This document shows positions 37,613 through 46,174 of a stretch of 60,056 nucleotides of DNA, in pieces. The DNA is taken from NCBI GenBank assembly GCA_964443295.1, contig CAYUCH010000003.1, positions 1 to 60,056 on the forward strand, given 5' to 3'. Position 1 is the first letter of the stretch, and each line of letters opens with the position of its first letter. Origin of the DNA: an uncultured Desulfobulbia bacterium. GTDB lineage: Bacteria > Desulfobacterota > Desulfobulbia > Desulfobulbales > CG2-30-60-27. The notes under the pieces are model-generated. The model was not told the origin of the DNA, did not search any database, and worked only from the letters and a program-made list of their open reading frames with translations. The translations under genes and the position numbers were made by a program.

Positions 37613-40480
37613 CTATGGCCTGACCACCGCACCATCATTCGATGTATCGCCATCATTTTGTAAGTACTCTGCTGCATCAGGGTAATTTGCAAAATCGATT
37701 GTACCGGTTAAGTCATTATGATCCAGCCAATCAATGGCATCAAATACCAATCGTTTGGCATACCTGCTGTTGTGGACATATGCCCCTGGCTCTTGAGAAA
37801 TAAGAATATAATTGAAGGCAGCTCCCATATTATTTTGGCCATTGCCTTCGTCTTCTTCGTCCGGCTCCCAATTGATAATACGGTTATCAAAAGAATTATC
37901 CGTACTGCGGAAAAAATATGGCCATTTGGGCGAATAAATAAATCCAGTGCTTTCTAACTCTTCAAGCAATACATCAAGAAGAGCATTCAGACCATTTTTT
38001 TGAAAATTTAAAAAGGCTACAAATTCACTTTCAGTCCCGGCATGACAGTCCAAACATTTCTCGCTCTCGATCCCCACCACCGTTTCATTTTCTTTTTCCA
38101 CAGCCAGAAAAGAATGATCATCAGCCCCTGGTGAAGACATATGGCAACCAATGCAAGGCCCCATGCCATCATCAGTATCATCAATTTCATGATGTTTGTA
38201 ATGGGAAGGATTGGCATAATCCTGGTTTTCAAATTCATAACCTATTTTTTTATACACCAAGCCACCGGCAGGAAGGTAATGGGCATGGATAAAATCCTTA
38301 TTTTCGAAGGCTTTATTGCTAGCATCGGCCTCCTTGATCACTGCCCCACTCTCAATACCGATATGGCAAACAAGGCACATGTTTGACTTTTTGGCATCGG
38401 GATAAGCAACTACATTTGGAGTGCTATAAGGAGCCAGGATATCTGCGTCATTAGGGATTACATTCAATCCATCATTTTCATTAGGATTATTTGAATGACA
38501 GGTAGAGCAGTATAGCACCTGATTTTCACCCGGGAGAAGATCAAAAGTATTGTCGTCCGGATCATAGGTCGTTGGAGCCGCCAAATAATTTTTTGCTCCT
38601 GTCGCTGTATGACAGCGTTGACACTCTTTATATTCCGCAGCGCCGTCCCAATCTCTTTGACTCCAGGCCTCACTGTCTTCGTTGCCATGGCCTGATTTGG
38701 CCCAGGCCAGCACTTGTTCCGTCCCTGATTCAGCCCTGGCCATCTCGCCTTCTTCAACTTCATAATGACACTCATTACATGCATTGGGGAGGTCTAGTAA
38801 GCTCAAATCAGACTCCACTTGATCGTCGGCTAAATCTTCAAAATCAACATCCATTTCATTTTTTGAAGGCCAGATGACACGGAATGTGTGTGAGCTGATA
38901 TCACCCAAACCATTTTCGTCGCGCACTGCACTTTGGCCAGTCTTGGGCATATGGCATCCTGTACATCGCCCCTGACCAGTCCCACCAGGATCATATACCA
39001 CTCCCTCTCCTGCCATACCCACTCGACTCATATGAGCCTCAACAGCATCTTTGGCATTGGCGACACCCACCTCGTCCGCCGTGAGCTCAGCGAAGTCTCC
39101 CTCCCTCCCTGCGTGACAAGCGAGACAGAGGGTATTGTTATCTTTTTCATTCGTGGGGATACCGTTTATTGAAGTGGTCACCAGGTGTTCTTTGGGATCA
39201 TCGTCAAGGGAGTGCATATCATGGCAGATAAAACATTCATAATCATCTGTTGTGTCCGGTGCATGGGGGCTGAAGCCAAAATCAAGTTGGTGCTGCTGAT
39301 GATTCTTTGAAGCAATAAAACCGGAAAAACCTTTGCTTGCTAATGAATTGTTGGTGTTAGGGTGACTCCATACGTTGTCGCCAACAACTATCACTTTAAA
39401 ATAAAGTTGCCAATTTAAACCTGGAATGAAAAATAACGGCTCGCCATCCGCATCAACCTTGCTTGGATAAGCGGAAAAATCGGTGTTATCTAACTCATTT
39501 GGATAACGGTAATAGCCTTCTCCGAATGAATGGCATGAGAGACAAACCATATTACGAACATTCAGTTGATCGATTTCATTTACGACTCCATCGACATTAA
39601 GATCATTGTCAATGGCCTCATCAGCATCATTGGCAACCTTACCCTGAAATATCATGGTGGCAGGATTGATGATATTTTCTTTCAAAGGCAAAAGAACATG
39701 GCGTTGTCCGGGTCCATGACAGGCTTCACAGGTTACACCTGAATCCACATACTCCATGGCCCACTCCCCTTCATCGCTCACTTCAATCTGCAAGCCAGTT
39801 ACATGGCAACCGGCACAGAGCCGTTCAAAGGATCGGCTGAGCCCGATTTCCTGTGGAACATTTTCCTTGTCATACCACCCCTGTTCCTTCGAATCTATTT
39901 CTTGCGTATCATCTTCGAAATCAAACTGCTCATCCTCTGGCGTGTAGTTCACATACTCTTTAGTTTTAGCGTTATACTGAACGGGAAGAACATAATGGCT
40001 ATTGCCGATTTTGGTGAGATAAAGCTGCTTCCACTGTTCATTGAAGCCGCCCACCGTATGGCTTATGTAGTATTTCTTGTCACCGATTTCCATATATGGT
40101 CCGGACTGATCACTGCCGAGCTTAGGAGCATCTTCATCATATTTAGAAAAATCATCATCGCCTTTTAATTCCAACCCCCCGACATCAAAAAAATCCGGCC
40201 GGCCGGAATCGTCGGAGTCATTAATATAACTTGCCTCCAGACTACCGTCCCTTAGGGTCTGAGCATGGGCAGTGGTTAGCCAGCTTTCATGAATATCTCC
40301 ATGGCATTCAAGACATTTTGCTTCACCCACATAGGCCGTGGACCGGAGCTCCTCTTCCGGAGTTTGAGGAGGAGTATCATATCCGTCACTGTTCTGGTTG
40401 CTGCTGCAGCCAGTCAGCATGAAAAAAAATAAAGTAGTGACAACACTTGTCACTCCTATTGAATTTAAATATCTATTCAT
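37613..40480 (-). CDS. Outer-surface multiheme cytochrome c lipoprotein (13 CxxCH), OmcB-like C-terminal half
   Basis: Lipobox LTGC; 13 CxxCH counted; WAKSGH, CQRCHTATG, NMGAAFN..PGAYVHN..YAKRLVFDAIDW; ATG at 40480. Confidence 0.9.
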   Translation of the reverse strand: MNRYLNSIGVTSVVTTLFFFMLTGCSSNQNSDGYDTPPQTPEEELRSTAYVGEAKCLECHGDIHESWLTTAHAQTLRDGSLEASYINDSDDSGRPDFFDVGGLELKGDDDFSKYDEDAPKLGSDQSGPYMEIGDKKYYISHTVGGFNEQWKQLYLTKIGNSHYVLPVQYNAKTKEYVNYTPEDEQFDFEDDTQEIDSKEQGWYDKENVPQEIGLSRSFERLCAGCHVTGLQIEVSDEGEWAMEYVDSGVTCEACHGPGQRHVLLPLKENIINPATMIFQGKVANDADEAIDNDLNVDGVVNEIDQLNVRNMVCLSCHSFGEGYYRYPNELDNTDFSAYPSKVDADGEPLFFIPGLNWQLYFKVIVVGDNVWSHPNTNNSLASKGFSGFIASKNHQQHQLDFGFSPHAPDTTDDYECFICHDMHSLDDDPKEHLVTTSINGIPTNEKDNNTLCLACHAGREGDFAELTADEVGVANAKDAVEAHMSRVGMAGEGVVYDPGGTGQGRCTGCHMPKTGQSAVRDENGLGDISSHTFRVIWPSKNEMDVDFEDLADDQVESDLSLLDLPNACNECHYEVEEGEMARAESGTEQVLAWAKSGHGNEDSEAWSQRDWDGAAEYKECQRCHTATGAKNYLAAPTTYDPDDNTFDLLPGENQVLYCSTCHSNNPNENDGLNVIPNDADILAPYSTPNVVAYPDAKKSNMCLVCHIGIESGAVIKEADASNKAFENKDFIHAHYLPAGGLVYKKIGYEFENQDYANPSHYKHHEIDDTDDGMGPCIGCHMSSPGADDHSFLAVEKENETVVGIESEKCLDCHAGTESEFVAFLNFQKNGLNALLDVLLEELESTGFIYSPKWPYFFRSTDNSFDNRIINWEPDEEDEGNGQNNMGAAFNYILISQEPGAYVHNSRYAKRLVFDAIDWLDHNDLTGTIDFANYPDAAEYLQNDGDTSNDGAVVRP

Positions 40481-40518
40481 ATCTTCCGGTTTCCACCTTT
40501 TCTCTTCGTTCTTCCCTA

Positions 40519-41361
40519 TCAATGACATCTTCGGCAGGTCCGACCGCTACTCGCCTTTTCCAGTCGGCCTTTGATCTTATCCCAATTATCAGGGTGAGGA
40601 TTAATCCGCATACCGCTCACCGCACTATGGCATTGCAGGCACATGTCACCATCAGGGTGGCAGGCCTGGCAGGTGACTAAATTTTTTCGGGCTTCACGAG
40701 CGTGCCCTGTACCCCATTCATCATTATGGGCCACAGAACTATCTGGGTGACAATTTTCACAAGACTCCCGATCAATAATTCCCAATTTAGCATGGACCTC
40801 TTCTACCTCAAGATCAGTGGTAGAACTCCATCCTCTACGGTGGGAAAAAAGAGCCAACTCTTCCGGCGCAAACCGGTCGTGACAATCCAGGCAAAAACGT
40901 TGCTCGTGGCACTGTGAACATTTTTGTGGATCAGTGCGAGCCGCCACGGGATGACTTACCGTAAAGTCACCATTATGAATGTTGGCCATGGTATTGCTGA
41001 AAGCCCCCATCTCATCGGCAAAGCCAGCCACATGACACTCCAGACAATCGGCCTGCTCATGACAATTTTCACAATCAATGACCTTCGCCCGGACCTCGGT
41101 CTGATGGTTTAATGCCCAAAGAGGGCCATGGGTGGCAGGAGAGACAAAAGAAACCGCATCAATCTTCTCTTTATCATCATGACATTCCATACAGACAATT
41201 TTTTCGGGCACAATGGACATGGCATCTGTTCGATGACAGATGGCACAGGATTTCTCCTTGGCAAATTCCGCCACATGGCGCCCATGGTCAAACGACACGG
41301 CCCAAACCGATGGCACCCATGCGCAAATCATGGCGAATACACATATAAAATAACGAATCAT
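40519..41361 (-). CDS. Periplasmic multiheme cytochrome c (10 CxxCH), OmaB-like
   Basis: Signal peptide, 10 CxxCH counted in 280 aa, ends in CRRCH. Confidence 0.92.
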   Translation of the reverse strand: MIRYFICVFAMICAWVPSVWAVSFDHGRHVAEFAKEKSCAICHRTDAMSIVPEKIVCMECHDDKEKIDAVSFVSPATHGPLWALNHQTEVRAKVIDCENCHEQADCLECHVAGFADEMGAFSNTMANIHNGDFTVSHPVAARTDPQKCSQCHEQRFCLDCHDRFAPEELALFSHRRGWSSTTDLEVEEVHAKLGIIDRESCENCHPDSSVAHNDEWGTGHAREARKNLVTCQACHPDGDMCLQCHSAVSGMRINPHPDNWDKIKGRLEKASSGRTCRRCH

Positions 41362-41501
41362 CTCGCCATCCCCCTAACCCACTAAAGTGGAAAAAACATC
41401 AGGTTTTTAGGATAAATCCCTTAACAGTAGGTGCAAGTTGTTTATTTCAAAGAAGTTTTTGAAAATCTTGCCACAAATAAAACGTAAAAATGCATAAGGG
41501 A

Positions 41502-42731
41502 CTAAAATTTCACATTAAACCGAAGACGACCACGGAATGAAGATCCATAAACTTCATCCTCCAGTCGTTCCAGCTTAAATTGCAGGTTCATTTTTTTATT
41601 CAGATAAAAACTCGTATCAAACCAATACCGGCCACTGGTGAGTTCATCATTTTCATCATCAAGCCGTCTTTCGATGACATTATAGTGGGCTCCGACCCCG
41701 ACGTTAAGATACCGTTGCACCAGATATCCTACATGAAATTTCACCCCTTCTTCATTCTGCCCATCATCATCGTCACGAATCTCCACGCTGAGATAGCCGG
41801 AAATCCGTTTAGTTCTGGTTCTGATTTTTTCAATTCCCATTTCATAGACATTGGCGTCATCATAATCCTTATATAACTCTCTTGTATACCGGCCGAAAGC
41901 CTGCAAACCCTGGTCAAGTTTATAAGTCGCTTCTGCCATCACCTCCTCATATTCCGAGGTGTCAAAGGCAGAGTAAATACTGTTGGCAGAAAATATCGGA
42001 ATAGAATGAATATACTCGGCACGTAGGCTCCAATGGGGATTCCCATGGAATTTCAACCCGGCGAGGATTTCGGAGAACTCAGCTTTAAGCCAATTATATT
42101 GAAGGTCGGTATACACATGAAGGTGGCCTGGGATACGATAATCGAGATTACCACCAAATATCTCGTAGGTCATATCACCACTATTCCATTTCTGGACAGT
42201 GGAAAGCCCAATGTTGAAATTTTCATACACTTCACTTGTGGCCTCAAGACCGAGAATCAAGTCTTGCTCCTGATAATCGCTGTAATAACCCAGATCCCCT
42301 CCACCGAAAAATGTAAACTTAATTCGTTTGCCAAGTCCATCATAGGGAGCTTTGAGTACTATACCATCTAAAAGGGACGCTCCTGCCGCAGAGGAAATGA
42401 ATTGCCGGCCAAGCCTTACATCAAGGTTATCTTTTATAAAATCCCTTTTTTCGATATAGGCATAATAGAGACGACTCTCAACGTCGTCCTCATTGGCAAG
42501 ATCTTTTGCCAAGCGACCATAGCTACGAAAACTATAGCCCTTTTCGGCAATATCCCTGATATTCAAATTGAGATACTGGTAGAAAGGGACCGCTGTTTCG
42601 CCCAAAACATTTTCATAAAATTCCAAAGCCGTACTAGCTTTGCCGGAAACAGTGGTTGCCAAAGAACCTTTGGCAGGAAGAAAGATCAAAAGCATACTTA
42701 TAAAGGAAAGCAGCCTCTTGGAAATTTTCAT
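41502..42731 (-). CDS. Outer-membrane beta-barrel (OmbB-like porin of a porin-cytochrome complex)
   Basis: Signal peptide from ATG 42731, alternating amphipathic strands, VRLGRQF motif, C-terminal Phe (RLRFNVKF); first gene before two multiheme genes. Confidence 0.82.
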   Translation of the reverse strand: MKISKRLLSFISMLLIFLPAKGSLATTVSGKASTALEFYENVLGETAVPFYQYLNLNIRDIAEKGYSFRSYGRLAKDLANEDDVESRLYYAYIEKRDFIKDNLDVRLGRQFISSAAGASLLDGIVLKAPYDGLGKRIKFTFFGGGDLGYYSDYQEQDLILGLEATSEVYENFNIGLSTVQKWNSGDMTYEIFGGNLDYRIPGHLHVYTDLQYNWLKAEFSEILAGLKFHGNPHWSLRAEYIHSIPIFSANSIYSAFDTSEYEEVMAEATYKLDQGLQAFGRYTRELYKDYDDANVYEMGIEKIRTRTKRISGYLSVEIRDDDDGQNEEGVKFHVGYLVQRYLNVGVGAHYNVIERRLDDENDELTSGRYWFDTSFYLNKKMNLQFKLERLEDEVYGSSFRGRLRFNVKF

Positions 42732-42960
42732 GCGGTTTTCTTCCAACAATTCGATACCTCTCATTATAACTCTCCTGGGACGCATCCCAAGTAGAGACAA
42801 AATATAATCTAATCCAGATAAACCAGGATTTTTAAAGGTCCTGCATAAGTGCCTTAACAGCTTTATGATAGTATTTACGAATTTTTCACCATTTTGCTTC
42901 ATACAATAAAAATAAATAACATTCACAAAGGCACTAAAATGGATCGCAACGTAGCAGGAC

Positions 42961-43143
42961 TGGGGGAAAAAGTCCAACTTTTAGTAACTGTTCAACTGCA
43001 CTCCATCTTCGCCCATTTACGTCGTCTCGAATAAAACTAGTATACTTCGAAGACGTAACTGAACGAATATAAAACACATCTGAACAGTTACGACCGGCAA
43101 ATTCGGCTAATCCGCTTCCTATGGGGGAAAAGTCCAACTTTTA
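42961..43143. promoter_or_regulatory. Repeated operator-like motifs upstream of the porin-cytochrome cluster
   Basis: TGGGGGAAAA(A)GTCCAACTTTTA at 42961-42983 and 43122-43143; inverted GTAACTGTTCA/TGAACAGTTAC at 42984 and 43081. Confidence 0.6.
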
Positions 43144-43185
43144 TACAGAAGCCAACACTTCTCACAATCAATAATTATCGAGAGA

Positions 43186-44415
43186 TTAACTGGCTACTTG
43201 ATTTCTACCACGTTTCTTAGCCCGATAAAGTGCCTTGTCTGCCGATTTTATTACTTTTTGAGGCTTCATTTGTCGACCTGTCGGCTCTGAAACCCCAATG
43301 CTGACGGTGACACCAACTTTTTTTGAAGCCTTACGCCCACCCCGTGTTTTTTTAGGTTTTTTCTTCGGGCGTCCCTGTCCACGCAGTGAAAATCCAGAAG
43401 TTTGAATTACCAGTCGTAATTGTTCGAGATGGGGCAAGACCTCTTCTTTGGCGGCACCTGGAAACAGTAAAGTAAATTCCTCGCCTCCATAGCGATAGGC
43501 CCGGCCGCCTCCCGTCACCTTAGCCAGTTTGCCAGCCACCATCCGTAGCACCTGATCTCCAACTTCATGGCCATATGTATCATTAAACTTTTTAAAAAAA
43601 TCGATATCCACCATGGCCACAGTATATGTCGAGCCCAGCTTGAGGAGATCTTCATTCAAGGCTCGTCGTGCCGGCAAGCCGGTCAACTCATCTCTGAAAG
43701 CCATTTTATACGCTTCTTCAAGAGCAGCTATGATAAGAATCAAACCGGCACAGGAAAAAAACAACGTTGCATTCACGGGGCTTTGCCAGGGCAACAAGGC
43801 TGTACACCCAGCAACCAGGGCCCAAAAAAAACCATAATCAATGACTCCCTGTCTTTTCAGCGAGGCACCTATAAATAGAAGGGAGACAAAGAAAAAAAGA
43901 AAAACGGGAATTTCTGTAAATGGCACCCACTCGGGAAGAGAAAATGTGATAAAAGAGCGGGAAAAAAAGGCGACCAACTCATCTTGCTTTGAGCGAAACA
44001 GAAGAAAAACGGCCAGAGGTTGCAAGGTGATAAAAACTAAGCGCCACAGCCCATGGATAGTTGCCAGTCCTCTCTCTTTAAGGAGGAAAATATATGCCAG
44101 ATTCAATGGCAACAAGGTTGCCACACTATTCAAAACAATCCAGACTGGTTCACCAACCTCGGCAGATGAAGCAGGAAAACCTGCCAAAAAGCGATCTGCA
44201 ACAAAAAAAGCCCCAACCCCATAAACCAATCTACTTCGATTAAACCGCCATCCTAATAGACCGCCAACCGCAAGCACTGCATAGGGTGCAATGGCTGTGA
44301 TGCCTGGGACCATGGGCGTTAATCGAGAGGCAAAGACAAAGGCCAACCCCACGCTGAACAGCAGGCCACCCGGCAAAAAAAACCATAAAAATGCCCTGAT
44401 AACAGTCCAACCCAT
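43186..44415 (-). CDS. Membrane-bound diguanylate cyclase
   Basis: Multiple TM helices, DELTGL, DIDFFKKFNDTYGH..GD, RYGGEEF. Confidence 0.93.
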   Translation of the reverse strand: MGWTVIRAFLWFFLPGGLLFSVGLAFVFASRLTPMVPGITAIAPYAVLAVGGLLGWRFNRSRLVYGVGAFFVADRFLAGFPASSAEVGEPVWIVLNSVATLLPLNLAYIFLLKERGLATIHGLWRLVFITLQPLAVFLLFRSKQDELVAFFSRSFITFSLPEWVPFTEIPVFLFFFVSLLFIGASLKRQGVIDYGFFWALVAGCTALLPWQSPVNATLFFSCAGLILIIAALEEAYKMAFRDELTGLPARRALNEDLLKLGSTYTVAMVDIDFFKKFNDTYGHEVGDQVLRMVAGKLAKVTGGGRAYRYGGEEFTLLFPGAAKEEVLPHLEQLRLVIQTSGFSLRGQGRPKKKPKKTRGGRKASKKVGVTVSIGVSEPTGRQMKPQKVIKSADKALYRAKKRGRNQVAS

Positions 44416-44473
44416 GAATGATTACCTATATACCCCGCGCCATAAATGCGACGAGGATTTATGAACAAATTGA

Positions 44474-44542
44474 ACCACAGAGAGTATAGAGGACACAGAG
44501 TCCTTCAACCTTTTTCTCTGTGCTCTCTCAGTCCTCTGTGGT
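44474..44542. repeat. Intergenic inverted repeat built from CACAGAG units
   Basis: ACCACAGAG..ACACAGAG / CTCTGTG..CTCTGTGGT. Confidence 0.75.
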
Positions 44543-44655
44543 GAAAAAAATAGTAGATGTTTAACTTCGCAGGCATTTTAGCATAAGCTGGATGCAGCCG
44601 CCATCTGGAAAGAGTACAATCAAACCGGAGATAAAAAAACAAAGCGGAGACAAGT

Positions 44656-44850
44656 ATGGAAGAAAGATTGAATGAATTAGAAACTCGAATTGCCTTTATG
44701 GACAAAACCATTGAGGATCTTGATGACGCCTTGGCCGGTCAGCAAAAACAGCTGGACAAGATAGAACAGAAAGTAGATGAAATAGTGAAACATTTTCACG
44801 TATTGATGCACACTATGACAAATGCCGATTCGAACATAAATAATCTATAA
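44656..44850 (+). CDS. slyX: SlyX-family protein
   Basis: ERLNELETRIAFMDKTIEDLDDAL..QQKQLD coiled coil. Confidence 0.85.
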   Translation: MEERLNELETRIAFMDKTIEDLDDALAGQQKQLDKIEQKVDEIVKHFHVLMHTMTNADSNINNL

Positions 44851-44878
44851 ATAATAACGTGAGAGACGAAAGGATAAC

Positions 44879-45508
44879 ATGGATTTAAAAATACCAATAA
44901 TTGGCATTGTACGGGGCATCCCTGCTCTTTTTTTTAAAGAACTTATGACAACATCTTTCTCTTTGGGGTTACAAGCTATTGAAATTACAATGAACACTGC
45001 CGATGCCGAAGAAATCGTCTCTACCTGCCGTCCTCTCGTGCCCCAAGGCCACCTACTAGGTATGGGTACCATTTGTAATGTGCAGGAAGCCAAACGGGCT
45101 ATAGATGCCGGCGCCATGTTTCTGGTTACTCCAAACCTGAACATTGAAATCATTAAATTGGCCCAGGATCATGATATCCCAGTGGTAGCAGGTGCACTCA
45201 CTCCCACAGAAGTATACACCGCATGGCATGCTGGGGCCGATCTCATTAAAATTTTTCCTTGCCGGTCAATGGGTGGGGCCAGATATATCCGAGATTTGCT
45301 CGGCCCATTTAACGGTGCTCCACTGGTTCCAGTCGGTGGGGTCGACGCAGAGAGCCTGAAAGATTATTTTGCTGCCGGTGCAACAGCCGTGGGTGTCGGC
45401 CCTGCCCTGTTCGGTAAACAGGCATTGGCTCAACAGGATATTCAAGCAGTCCAGTTCAACATTAAGAATTTCATCAACAACTGCCCTACCCCACCTGGCT
45501 CCCCATAG
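44879..45508 (+). CDS. eda: KDPG/KHG aldolase family
   Basis: IEIT, GMGT, FLVTP, GALTPTE, KIFP, PVGGV. Confidence 0.88.
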   Translation: MDLKIPIIGIVRGIPALFFKELMTTSFSLGLQAIEITMNTADAEEIVSTCRPLVPQGHLLGMGTICNVQEAKRAIDAGAMFLVTPNLNIEIIKLAQDHDIPVVAGALTPTEVYTAWHAGADLIKIFPCRSMGGARYIRDLLGPFNGAPLVPVGGVDAESLKDYFAAGATAVGVGPALFGKQALAQQDIQAVQFNIKNFINNCPTPPGSP

Positions 45509-45637
45509 CTCCTATCTGTTGATAATAACTATTATTTTTTCTTTCACGGATATAAAAAAATTTAAACGGAAAAATCAGGTTTTTCTCTTGACACAGTCCT
45601 TCACCATGTGATGTCATGAATTAAGGAGGTCAGAATT

Positions 45638-46003
45638 ATGACCCTTCAAAATGTCGTTGTTTCAGAAAGAAGAAAGATTCCCCGTTTTCCTGTTCAATCA
45701 GGCCTCTTTGCCCTGGATTCTCACTTGGGACAAATCATCGATATAAGCATGACCGGCTTGGCTTTTCGCTATCCTCAGCGCCCACTCATTCAGGATATCG
45801 AGAAAGGTATGGGGATAATTTTTGACGAAGAAGATCTCTGTTTTGATCGTATTCCAGTGAAAACCATCGCTGATTTTATAATGTCCGATGAAAATGATCG
45901 TATCATTATAAGACGTTGCGGTGTGCGGTTTCTTGATTTGTCACCCACCCAAAAAACACTCTTAAAAAACTTTATCTGGTTTAATACTGCTGCTGCTCTG
46001 TAG
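45638..46003 (+). CDS. Stand-alone PilZ-domain protein
   Basis: RRKIPR (RxxxR) and DISMTG (DxSxxG); AAGGAGG RBS. Confidence 0.9.
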   Translation: MTLQNVVVSERRKIPRFPVQSGLFALDSHLGQIIDISMTGLAFRYPQRPLIQDIEKGMGIIFDEEDLCFDRIPVKTIADFIMSDENDRIIIRRCGVRFLDLSPTQKTLLKNFIWFNTAAAL

Positions 46004-46174
46004 GCCTTTTCTCTTTATTCTTGAATAGAGCTGACTGCGATCAACCATTTGAGTTCATTTTCTCCTTGTATTTCAATACATTTCCTGGTCTTTTAACCAC
46101 CGAATTTGTTTTCTTACATTTTTGTACTATCACAAACACATCTAAAAGAAAAACTTACATCACTGTTAGATATT

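Noticed and set aside
42732..42977. 82-aa N-terminal extension of the porin ORF
   Set aside because: Signal peptide begins at ATG 42731; the upstream frame is AT-rich leader sequence overlapping the repeat motifs
42732..43185. GEMM-I (c-di-GMP/cGAMP) riboswitch upstream of the porin
   Set aside because: Could not find the GYAAAC..GNRA..GRCGCAAARC/GGAAAGC pattern by eye; an Infernal/Rfam scan would settle it
30457..44415. GGDEF proteins as Hypr-type 3',3'-cGAMP synthases controlling EET
   Set aside because: Both keep Asp in the GHxxGD specificity position (Ser/Thr in Hypr enzymes), so they are ordinary c-di-GMP cyclases
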